From: Monocercomonoides exilis PA203
Taxonomy: Eukaryota; Protista; Preaxostyla
Assembly: GCA_001643675.2 (NCBI GenBank)
Contig: LSRY02000022.1
Coordinates: 1,240,001-1,304,000, forward strand
DNA: 64,000 nt
Reading direction: 5' to 3'
The notes beneath the pieces are model-generated. The model had not been told where the DNA came from and did not search any database. It worked only from the letters and a program-made list of their open reading frames with translations. Numbering within the stretch: position 1 is the stretch's first letter; the number at the start of each line of letters is the position of its first letter. A program made the position numbers and the translations under genes. Shown here piece after piece: positions 15,301 to 26,536 of this stretch.

Positions 15301-18300
15301 TTAAGCAGAGCAAAATTCATTCAGCCAACAAAATAGCACCATCTTCCACACCTTTGATGCTTATCCAGCAGTCAACCAATTATCAGCAGCGGCAGCAGCA
15401 GCAAGAAGAGCAGAAGAACAAAAAGCCCCTCACACAGCTCGTGTTTGAGAGCTGGATCCGCTTCACCATTGCGATCATTCCTGTCCTCTCGTCAGTCACT
15501 TCCTCCTCTCAGAAGAAGTCGATGTCGATTCTGCGTTCTCTCTCTTCTTCCCCTACTCGCCTCCTGCAGTACACATCTCTTCTTCCCAAACAGATCATCC
15601 AACATGAGTCTCCCCTTGCCCTGCACATCCTGTCAGCCATCAGAAACATCGTGATGAGCGAGCGCAGCCTCAACAGCAGAGACGCCCTGCGCATTCGGCT
15701 GATGGAATCGGGCTGTTTGTGGAGAGTGCTGTTGCAAGTGTCTTCTCCTCTGAAGCTGACTGCCATCTATGCAATGAAGGCGATGATCGTGCTGGTTGGA
15801 GGAAACCCAAATGCAGATGAGGAGGATGTGAGAGGGAGAGAGAGGGAGAGGGAAGGGGAGAGGATGAGAGTGGGAACGAAGACACAGCACTTGCAGAAGG
15901 GCGCAGGTACAAGTGTTAGTGAGAATGGCATTAATGGAACTGATGGGGATGAAGATGCAACAGTTCAGCTGTATCGAGACAGAAAGATAGCGAATTTTGC
16001 AGAGAGAGACACGCCTGTGCCGAAGGTGCTGAATTATGTGACACAGCTCATTGCTCTGCTGGCGAAGAAGGGGCTGTTTGTGTTTCCGCAGCACTTCTTC
16101 AGAGAGATAGACAGAATAAGCACACACTACAGCTCCCATGCGAAGTCGATGCGGCCGAGGAACGGACAAGGCGGGGGAGGGGCAAATGACAGGAGTGTTT
16201 ATGATGAATTGCTGGAGGACGATGAAGAGGAAGGATTTGCGTTTGATATATTCAGAATTGATGAGCTGACAGCTTATCAGAAGAGGCTGAAGAAGAAGAA
16301 GATGGCTAAGATAGAGAAGAGTGAAGCAGCACAAAAGAATAAAAGCAATCAAAAGGGCAGCCAAAACAACAATTCTGGTACAAAATCTTCTTCTTCTTCT
16401 TCTTCTTCTTCGAGTTCTAAGTCAAGCAGATCTTCCAAACAGAAGCACAGTTCATCATCATCTTCTTCTTCCTCTGCTTCCTCATCCTCTTCAATCAAGC
16501 AATCAGCTGCCATGCTGACTGAGAAGCAGCTGATAGAGCAGTACATCCGAGCGTCCCTCGCCTTCATCCACGTGCTCTGTTCAGGCACCAACCAGCTTCT
16601 TCAGGGCATGTTGGGGCCTGAAGGCCTGCTGCGCGTGGAGTCGCGTTTGCGGGCTGTTCCTCCTTCGCCTGCTGAGCAGATCTTCTCCAGCTGCCTCTCC
16701 TCTGTCGACATGGAAGAGCTCATCAAGAACCAGAAGGCAGCAGACAAGAAGAAAGCAGAGGAGATGAAGGCCAATCCGAACAATTCTTCAAAGGGAACTG
16801 CTGCTGTGTCGGTGAGTACGATGAATGGAGAGCAGACGTCCTTGCAGATTCGCTCTCCGCTCTCGAGCAATCTGACGACGTTTGTGCCGAAGAGCTTTGT
16901 GGAGGATCAGATTCTGAAGGCGAATGATGCGCTGGAGAAGATGTCGTATGTCATCAACTACACAAAGGAGACTGCGCTGCCACAGGCTGACGGGGCAGTC
17001 TCAACAGCAGATGGCGGGGAATCTGGATTGAGCACTTCATCTGCAAGCACTTCATCATCTGCTGCTTCTTCTTCCTCGAGTTCTTCGTCATCATCATCTT
17101 CTTCTATGAGTCTATCATCTGTCAACAACACATCATCATCATCATCATCTACTCCAAATGTGCAACTTGATGAGATTGACTTCGTTCTTCTTCTTCTTGT
17201 GCTCATTTCAGTCACTCTGCCCCGCCACCCGCGCTTTGGCTGGTCGCGCAGCTGCAACACAGCCATTGTGAGTGCTGCACTTTCTCTTCTGATTGACCTC
17301 GTGAGAGGACCCAACCTGGCCAACCAGCAGCACTTTGTGCAGTGTGGTGGGCTGAACATCCTCGCCCGCTTGTTCCGCCTGCCGATGAGTTTTGAGCTTC
17401 CCTTGCTGCATTCTGTGCGGAGGCTGGTGCTGCAGAGGGAGAGAGAGGCCGCGCAGAACCAGTTGCTGAGCGGGGCGTTTGGGACGCTCTCGTCGGGGAT
17501 AGACAAAGTGGTGGGGGTATTTTCGAAGGCGCTAAAAGTGGAGCAGAGTGGGTGTGTGCTGTCGATGAAGGACTACAGCACTTACGTCGTGCACAAGAAG
17601 AAATGGCCGCTTTCCTGTTTCTCTGCCTCTGACTGCTATCACAAGTACTTCTTCACAACAAACCACTCGTTTTTGAGCAAATTCAAGCTGGCGAGCTTCC
17701 ACGGCAAGACTGTTAAATCAGTCGTGTCTGAGCTGACAGACAGCCAAACAGGTGTGGCAGAGAGAGAAATCATGAGCAAGGCGTGCCTGCTCCTCAGGTG
17801 CATGATGGAAGGCGAGAAGTCGGAATCACTCTGTGTCTCCATCGGAGCCTCGCCTGTTCCCATTGCGCTGCAGCGGAAGATGCTGTCGTATCGCACTGCG
17901 ATTGACTATCTGAAGCAGAGTGACTCAACTGTCCTGTCAGCTCTTTCATCAGCTGCCTCGAAGACAGTCAACGCAGCCACGCTGGGACTCACAAAGGGTG
18001 CAAGCACGATGACTCCCAAGCAGATCGCGAAGATGATGGAGGAAGAGGCGCTGCCATTCTTTGTGGCATCGTCGACACTCCGATTCGGTGTGAGGAGGGC
18101 AGCAGTTTCATTGAAGATGGCGCCTGTGAATGCAGTCAGCGCAGAAATGTCTCGTTTGTTCAGCCCACTCTTGTTCCCGTCGTTTGCATCGCGGCTGGAC
18201 TTTGTGGAGGTGATGCGGTTTGACAGAGAATTGCCTTATTTGTCTGCGTTCTTCTTTGCCAGACACCCTGTCTCTTCGCTGGCGAGCAAGAAAGCACAGA

Positions 18301-20036
18301 AGAATGTGGTGAAGAAGGCGTGGGATGCGCCTGCTGGAGAAAGAATTGATGTGCTCCACACACAAATAGCAACATTGAATCAGACCGTCCTGCTGACAGA
18401 GAAGAAGAACAAGCTGAGTGTTGCTAAGCTCATCAAGTTCTTTGCACAGCCGTGGATATACATCACAACGAACTTCCTGTCCAATCTGTTTACTCTGGCA
18501 ATCAACGTGATGCTGCTGATTGACCCATTTCTGAACCAGTGGCGCGATCTGATCGACAAAATCAACACGATTCTGTCGCTGCTGAACTTCATCTTCATCG
18601 CCATCCGCTACGGCCTCTTCCTGCTGGGCAAGAACACCGACGTGTACTACGAACAGTGGGCGACGTATTGCACGAAGCAGCGGCAGCTTGTGGTTGGGTG
18701 GACACCGGAGCAGATGAACCCGGCGAAGAAGATGGCGGTGAAGCTGCGCTGTCTAATGTCTGGAAGGCACGTGTATCTCCTCGTGCTCTTCCTCATTGCG
18801 CTGCTCGGGTGGCTGTGGCAGAGGAAGCTGTACTGCTTCCTGCTGATTGACTTCTTCATCGACTCGCAGACGCTCAACACGATCATCCAGACATTCGGGA
18901 GAGGGTGGAAGATGTTCAGTGTCACGATCTTCACATCCATCATTGTCATGTTTTTCTTCGGCCTGGTGTTCTTCTTGTATCTGAAGGGGCTTGTGGCGGA
19001 GGAGTTGGATGACGAGCACAACCTCAACTACTGCTCTTCTCTTCTGTACTGCTTCTTCTTCATGATCTGGCAGAATCTGTCGCCAGGCGACAAGCTGAAC
19101 GAGATTCTAGGAGACCAAAACGTGTGGCTGGTGATATTGGAGGTGGTGGTGTTTATCATTTTCGGGGTGATGCTGATGAATGTGCTGCAGGGCATCATCA
19201 TCGACGGCTTTGCTGAGATGCGTGCGAGGAAAGACGCAGTGAAGGATGCGATGAACACCCAGTGTCTTGTGTGTGGGAAGATGTCTGATGAGTTCCAGAC
19301 GAAAGCGCTGCGAGATGCGAGCGATGAGGCTGCGAAAGGGATGCAGGAGATGATGCATGTGGACGATGGAGGAGGAGCAGCAAGATCAGATGGAGGAATG
19401 GCATCATCATCATCATCTTCTTCTTCTTCTTCTTCTTCTTCTTCTGTTGGTCCTGGCAAAGAAGATTCCAGAGGAGCTACTCAGCAAGATGGGAATGGTG
19501 GTTCATCTGCAACTGAAAAGAGCAATGGAGATGAGCAAATAGACAACGGAGAAGGCGAAGAGGAAGGTGCTGGGGCGAGTGTTGATGAAGAGAAGCAGAA
19601 GGGAGACTATGCAAACAGACTGTTTGAGTATCATACAGAGCACGAGCACAATCCTTTGTCGTACTTCCACTGCTATTGCGCAGTGATGAAGCTGAAGGAG
19701 CAGGAAATGACAGGAACGGAGCGGTTTCTGCGTCTTGTTTACACGCACTCAGAGATTGACCCAGTGAATGTGTATCCGCTGAACCGCTCTCTGACGCTGG
19801 AGGAGGATGTGGCAGACATTCAGGAAGACGCCGACAAGCTGAAAACAATGGCAGACAATCAGACAGCACTCAAAATGAGCACTGAGAAGATGAGCGACAC
19901 GGAAATACATTTCAACGGGCTGATTGCATCGCTGGGGCTGACAACTGAAAAACTTTCTTCGCTCAATCATTCTGTTGCCGAAATCACAGACTCAATCAAA
20001 TCGACCAAGCTGATTGTCTCAAATGCCCCCAGTTAA
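330..20036 (+). CDS. Giant inositol 1,4,5-trisphosphate receptor / ryanodine receptor family channel (~6472 aa; exons 330-450, 522-646, 716-854, 914-1069, 1159-20036)
   Basis: Four GT-AG introns (451-521, 647-715, 855-913, 1070-1158) join in frame to the 6267-aa ORF. The spliced N-terminus has IP3R suppressor-domain-like motifs: PLNFGDLISV, VHYGTTISLRSFYEKKYL, EIGDPVNTGDTIYL, TPWIIQRF. Further motifs: MIR-like WKDTFLIRHFVSGLYL; RIH-like LRFLSSLC, LNLMRDLCIG, IPLKIRAAALSLF; RIH-associated FIHVLCSGTNQLLQ and LIDLVRGPNLANQ; a C-terminal multi-TM channel with GIIIDGFAEMR; and a C2H2 signature CLVC...FEYHTEHEHNPLSY. Confidence 0.9.
2261..2318 (+). repeat. (TCT)n microsatellite encoding poly-Ser (one of many such tracts in the channel gene)
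   Basis: Uninterrupted TCT run of about 19 units; dozens of similar TCT/TCA/TCC tracts occur between 1600 and 19450. Confidence 0.9.
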
Positions 20037-21090
20037 TTCATTGTTTTTATTGTATTTTATCTTGTTTTAATTTAATTTAATTTATTTTTTATTTCGGATA
20101 AGATCTTAATTTGAATTTGATTTTCTTGGAATGTTTGTTTTTTTGAGAGAAGTTTTTTGCTTAAAAAGTATTCAATTCTTCAAAATGGATTGTTTGAAAA
20201 GTTTTTGTTATTAACAAATTCAGATAAATGAATTTTTTAAGAAATTTTTTTGTATTTTATTTTTTTTTATATCATCTTCTTTTTGAATTCAATTTTTTTT
20301 TTCCTGATATCTTTTTTGTGAAAAAGTTATGTTTCAGTTTTCTTTTTAAGTTTATTGCTGTTTGTCAAACCTCTGAAATCTAATGATAATCGATGTAAAG
20401 CATCACTTTATTAGTGTGAGTGTTTTATAATGTTTTTGTTTCCTAAATATTTTCTATCATTAGTTTTTGTTTTTATCCTTACAATAAATCATATTTGCAT
20501 CATGCAGATCTGAAGGCTGTCACATCATTCTTTTCATTTCAGATTCATTTAACATGAATTCTTTTCATCTTTATGTGTTCTAAGAGTTACACCTTATGAT
20601 ACTGTTTGATAAAGTAGTTATGAAATTCTTGCGAAAATTATTCAATCAATAAGAAAATATGAAAAATAATAAATGTTTGCTTGCCAATATCTTTCAATTA
20701 TTCAAATGAACGATTCAAAGTTTATTAAAAACTTTATTTGCTTTAAGTGAATCGCATCAAATTCAATAGAGCAAGTGAAATTTTCTTTTATGTGTGAAAA
20801 AACAACTTTTGTCATTTTTTTTGTTTGCCAAATGTTCATATTCGTAATTATTTTTTTGATTTTCAATTTTTTTAGAACCTTGAATCCTTAATAATTTTTT
20901 AAAGAATATTTTTTTATTAATTTTCATCCTCCTCCCCTCTCACCCTCATTTTCCTTTCTATTTAATGCACAACTTATTATTTATTATGTTTCACAAAAAT
21001 TGCTCAAATGCCAAAATAAATGAAAATATAATACAAAACCAAAAAATAGACAAAAATATAGGGTATGACTAAATTCTGTTGTGAATTCTT

Positions 21091-21411
21091 CTACAATGTA
21101 TTGTAGAATGTGTGTCCAACTCCCATCTTCTTTTTGCAGCAGGCGCAAGCCCATTCTCCTGCCTCTGCAATGGAGCGTTGATTACTGATAACTGCACCTA
21201 AAAGTTTGCTTTGCGCAGTGGCAGAGTGTTTCTTTGATGGATGGAAATAGCATGAAATAATTCGTTCACCGTCAGAATATGAAATCCAAGTTCCGCCATC
21301 AGCAGACTGCTTTTGATAGTTTGTTCCTCCGTAAATAAATTTAAATGCTGTATTAAATAATTCGTTGACATCGACATTTACGTTCAGCTTAATTGCAACA
21401 CTTGTTTCCAT
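21091..21411 (-). CDS. Lactococcin 972 family bacteriocin-like protein (106 aa, no evident signal peptide)
   Basis: Compact intronless ORF in AT-rich DNA. Pattern GGTW...ISCYFHPSKKHSATA...AEAGEWACA...HTFYNT matches the Lcn972 mature-peptide pattern (GTW...YSxYxHxSKxHSAT...AGxWAxA...FYY). The ATG is at 21411; the ORF track starts one codon earlier at a GTG. Confidence 0.8.
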   Translation of the reverse strand: METSVAIKLNVNVDVNELFNTAFKFIYGGTNYQKQSADGGTWISYSDGERIISCYFHPSKKHSATAQSKLLGAVISNQRSIAEAGEWACACCKKKMGVGHTFYNTL

Positions 21412-21895
21412 CACGATAAATACAAGGATATTTTAATAATGGGTGTTATCAAAACACCCATAAGAATATTTTTTGGTTCATTTTTCTGTGCTATTTCATT
21501 TTAACAATAACAATAAAATAAGAGAAAAGGGTTGAAAAAGTCATTTTTAATGTGTCAGCATGTTGAAGCTTTGTTTTCAAATTTTTTGATTACTCAGATT
21601 TATTGTTTATTTTTAAAAAATGAACAATTTTCAGTGAAAAATTTGATTTTTGTTTCTTAAATTTCATTGATTTATGTAACATTTTTTAAATGATGAAAAA
21701 ATAAACAGACACGTTCATTTATTGATGTATATACTTTTTTATGTTTATTTTCTGAGACTATTTTCAAAATTTAACAAATTAGACCCGTTGCTGCTGAATT
21801 TTTTGTTTTTGTTAAAGATAGTGAAGTGTTAGTGTTTCATTTTATTTTTTGTTTTTGAATGTTTTCTGTGCTGCCATTCCTTAATTGCATCATTT

Positions 21896-21896
21896 T

Positions 21897-21948
<52 letters not shown>
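21896..21948 (+). repeat. (CTTT)n microsatellite
   Basis: About 13 tandem CTTT units. Confidence 0.9.
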
Positions 21949-22179
21949 TTTTGATGTTGTTCGAAAATTCTTGATATTTCAACTTTTGAATAAAATAAAA
22001 ATATCCAAAAATTATATTTTTCTGTTGATTGAGTTCTGAATTGATGAAATTATTGTTAAAAGAAAGTTTGAAATGAATTTAGAAACCAATCAAATTAGAA
22101 AATAACCCACAAAACAATCTGGTGGAAGAAAAAGAAATGAAGATGGAAATAAGCCAAATTTTTCATTAAAAACTTTCCT

Positions 22180-23592
22180 TTATAAAATAGAAGCGTAAAT
22201 TTTCTGAAAACTTGTGATGATATCTTCACATCCAATTTCTTCCATCTTTTGTAACACCTCTCTCTTCGTCTCCTCCCAACCAACTTCGCTGTATCCTTCA
22301 TCATCATTCTCTCTCAGTCTTCTGGAAAAAACACGATAAAACATCATGCAATCATATGTAATCATATCATCCGATGTGTTTTGCTGTATTTCCTCTAGAA
22401 ACAGATCAACAACTCCACACTTCCTCATTGCATCTATTCTGAAAATCTTCCAAGTTGAAATGAGCTGAAAAGCGCTGGTGAGCGATCTGTATATCTCTCT
22501 CTCGCTTTCTCTCATTGCTCTTGCCAGCTTGGCAAGATAACTGATCAGTTCAGCATATTCCTCTTTCCAAGACCTGAGATGCAGATAAAATGCCTCCACA
22601 GTTTTTATCCACTTCATCATTATTGTCTCCGCTTCATTCATTTGTCGAATTTCTTCTGTTTTTTCTTCTCTTTTCAGATTCACACATTTCGTCAGTTCTC
22701 CAAGTTCTCTTGCTGCGTCTCTAACAAAGTGCAGCTCGTTTATAACAACGTCATCCAAACTTCTATTTATGCGTGATTGATTAACCAATAACCCCCAAGC
22801 AGATTGATATGCAAGTCGTGTCAGATTGCGATGCTCCTGATGATATTTGATGATTTCTTTGATTTCATTCAAATACAGTTCTCTTTCAATTTCCTAATAT
22901 AAAAAGGAGAAAGAAACTCAAAAACTTTTAAAATGAAGCATAAAGTTCTTAAACATAATGGTCGTATATGCTACTCAAAGCAAGCAAAGCCATCTCCACT
23001 TCTTTTTGAATGTCTTTATCCTCCTTTCTGTTCAATGCGACCTTCAAAAGGCAAGGCACACAAATTGTCAGAAATTCTTTTGGCGGGTCACCCATTTGAT
23101 ATCTTGTGAAAAGAAAACATTCACAAAGATCCGCCAGATACTTCCCATTCTTCATTTCTTTTTTATTCTCTTCTTCCAAAATCATTCTCTTTATCCTTTC
23201 GCACAGCAAAGAATCGTTGTAGCCTTTTCGAGAAAAGTTTCTCAGATTCATCAAACGTCCTACCCCCTTTAGCAGCAATACAGTGCTTTCCTCTCCAAAT
23301 TTCTTTTCATCAATCATTTTATCGATTCTGTTGCATGCATCTTTTGCGAAAACTGAATAAAATTCGAACGAATTCATTTCCTCCACCAATCCTATCATCT
23401 TCTCGATTTTCTGCGTTTGCTCATTTTCCGAACAATGCTCCAACTCCATTACCATTTCTTCAGAATGCATCAAAAACAATATTTTTAGCTTCTCAAATAG
23501 GAAAAAAAACAAGAATTCATACTCGAAAACTGTTCGGTCACTTGAATTTCTTTAATCATACCAACACATTTATCATCTGATAGCATCTTCAT
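22180..23592 (-). CDS. Lineage-specific expanded family protein ('YHQEH/NLTRLAYQSAW' family), copy 1, 3 exons
   Basis: Exon 1 MKMLSDD...EQFS, intron with AAG acceptor, exon 2 KMVMELEHC...LADLCEC...EVEMALLALS, intron 22894-22954, exon 3 EIERELYLNEIKEIIKYHQEH...MEEIGCEDII. Confidence 0.75.
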
Positions 23593-23849
23593 TTCGTTTT
23601 TATGCATAAATGTTTTATCGAATTTCGAAGGAAAATTTTTCAGCCAACAGAAAAATCGATAAATATGAACTTCGATTACAATCTTTCAAAATGACAGTTT
23701 GAAAGTTACAATACCAATTAATATTTTGAAAATATAGATATGTATCAGATGCCACAACGATTCAATGACATTATGTTGTTAAATGATTAAGTGTAATTTC
23801 TTGAATTTTTCTTTTGATCAGACCAATTTATGGTTTTTTGTCAAAAGAA

Positions 23850-25070
23850 AAATTTCTGCTGAAATAAAGGAGGCTATTGTTTCTGAATAGTTCACCTGAT
23901 TGCAGTCATAATGCAGTTGAATACAAAATGAAAGAATTCTTTTAATAATTTCTTTGCCTTTTTTCAAAATTGTTTGAAAGGTTAGAAGATTCTGATGAAG
24001 AGAATAAAAAGAGAAAAGAAGAGAAAAGTCACATAAACTTTCTTGTTGATCTTTGTGATTGTGATGTTTCACTATATTCAAAATTCCAATTGTTATTGCT
24101 TTCGACATGTGGCTTTCTCTTCTGAAAGCTGCATTAAGCAAAGAGGAAAACGAGGATACTCAAGATGAAGCAAAAATGGCTTTTCTACCTTTTGTCGCAT
24201 CAATATTGTTTGGATTTGAACATTTCTATTTCACAAATGATATTATTTTTTTATTTTTCATTGTTTGATAAATAAAGTGGAATTAGAACTAACCTGGATG
24301 AAACCAAAGATATAATCCGATATCATCATGAGAATTACAACCTTCTAAAGCTTGTATATCAGAATGCTTTGCCGTTTATGATCTTCATGCTACCATAAAT
24401 AAAAATGCTATTCAGGTTGTTTTCAATAATATTCTTCTTTTGTCGAAGGAGGCAAAAAGAGATCAAGAAATGTTAACCAGAAGTGTTGCTTAAAAGAGAG
24501 GAAAATGAGAGGAGAAAGATAAAGAAAAGAATGAAGCGAATTTTTCAATGAGATAGAACCAAACACTTATTTTTTTCTTCGGCGTTAGCCAAAAGAGGAA
24601 CGAAGAGAATTGTGACTTTTTCAACAGCATTGTCCGAGTGCTTCGAGTGTCAAATGATGATAAAAAAATTTTTTCATTTCCCTTGTACACGACCTTTAAA
24701 AATTGCATCAGGAAATAGAGCTGTGATGATTGATGACTTGTTTTAAAGTGGAACAATTAATGTTATTTTGGAGGATATGTGGAGGCCAACATTGGATGAC
24801 ATGATAACATTTGGCAACTTAAAATTATTTAAGTCCATTTTATGGCGAGTGAAAGGAAAAAAGAAAGTTGGAATGGAAGAAGAAGAGGAAGAAATAATTG
24901 AAAAAATAAGAAAGAAAGACAATAAAAAGGAAGATATTTGAAAAGTTGGAAGAAGATGGATATGAAGACTGCGTTGTCAAATTTTTGAAGTTAGGTCTTA
25001 ATTATATGTTTGGAGATGACAATACAGTAATAACTATTGAAGATTTTTTATGCATCTGTAAAGCGAAGGC
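23850..25070 (+). pseudogene. Decayed copy of the YHQEH family
   Basis: Frame-broken fragments FLVDLCDC, LKAALSKEENEDTQDEAKMAFL, KDIIRYHHENYNLLKLVYQNAL and EEDGYEDCV lie in the expected order, with many stops and frameshifts. Confidence 0.65.
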
Positions 25071-26536
25071 TCATTTCGATTCCATTCCTTTTGTTGAAGT
25101 CACAGAAAAGCAGCAGCAGAAGAATGGAATGAAACGAAATGTCAATAGAGTCACAGAAGAGGCATATAACAGTAAATGAACAAACAAAGAGAAGAGAAGA
25201 GAGAATTACATGAGAGAAAATGTTTCAATCTGAAACAGCATCTTTGTCTGAGAAAAAAAGCACATCCAACTCAAATTGTGGATTCTTCATTTATTTCAGT
25301 CTGCCTTCTCATTATCATCATCTGCTTCAACTTCTTCATTTCATCCTACCTTTCTCTCACAAAGCAACTATCAACATTTCACAATTAATCCATCTTCTTT
25401 TTCTTCTTTCTGTCTGTTTGTTAATGACATTGCACTTTTTATTGAATTCCATCAAATCTCATGAAGTTTTGAATAACCATTCACAACCTCATTTTGGGTG
25501 CATCATCCCTAAAACATTCACAATTTCAGATCTTCATCTTCCTCATCTTCATCACAATGAAAACAGTCATTTCACTTCATTTTTTGTGGTCATTGAAGAA
25601 GTGACACATATTTCAAATCCTTCACAAAAAGCCCTTCAACAAACATGAAAAACAACACAGGCAATTTATCTTCGCTCTTCTTCTTTCTCCTTTTTTCTCA
25701 GTTCCATCATCAATTTCGTGATCATCAAAGAAAGCATTTGATTTTCAATTAGAATTTTCTTCCTCTTTTGCATTTTGATAAAGCAACCTCATCCTTTCGA
25801 AATGCGTCAAAAAAATCATGTATTCTGAGGTAACTGGATTGTCAAAGAATGAAGGAAAAAAAAAGCAAATGAAGACATTTGGACAGAAAATAGCAACCTC
25901 TCAAGAGAATGTTGTTTCTTCGTCTTCACTTTTTGTGAAGCCTTCTTTTCTCTTGCTCATTTGGAATTGAGTGTGGACATCATGTTCTGAATGACTGTTT
26001 GGTGAGGCATGCAGGAAGGGAAAGAGAAGGTGGGGCTTTGGGAAAGATGGACATTTGTGGAATTGAAGCAGCAATTGGCCAGCCAGTTGACAAAAGAAAG
26101 TCTGATATTCTTTTCATTCACATTCGAATTTCAAATACTCTGATTGTGAAATGGTTTTTGTTTTGTCTTCTTCAGCTCAATGAGATCAAGTGAAAATTGG
26201 AAAAACAAGAGAAGAAAATGGTGGAACGAAAAAACTTCTCAAAAGACATTAATGAGGTTGCAGACGATAAATAAACTTTTTCAAGAGTTTTTATTTTTTT
26301 TTTTCACACAACTTTTGAGTTGATAAGTCCTTTGAGGAACATTAGTTTTGGAAGAAAATTGAAATTTTATCTTTTTTTCTATTTTTTGTTTCTTCATTTT
26401 GATGAAATGAAGTGGAATGAAAAACAAAATATCTTAAAAAATATCATTCAAATGAGCGTTTGTTTTCGCTCTTGTGAAATGATAAAAAAAAAAGAATAAA
26501 ATAAAACTGTCGAGTTACAAAATTCAATGCGTTTCT

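Noticed and set aside
1226-19970. Dozens of short ORFs overlapping the channel gene on both strands
   Set aside because: Shadows of (TCT)n and purine-rich tracts that lack stops in other frames; no domains.
25100-26250. Patchy coding-like segments and short ORFs
   Set aside because: No sustained frame or recognisable motif; possibly decayed fragments, but not supportable.
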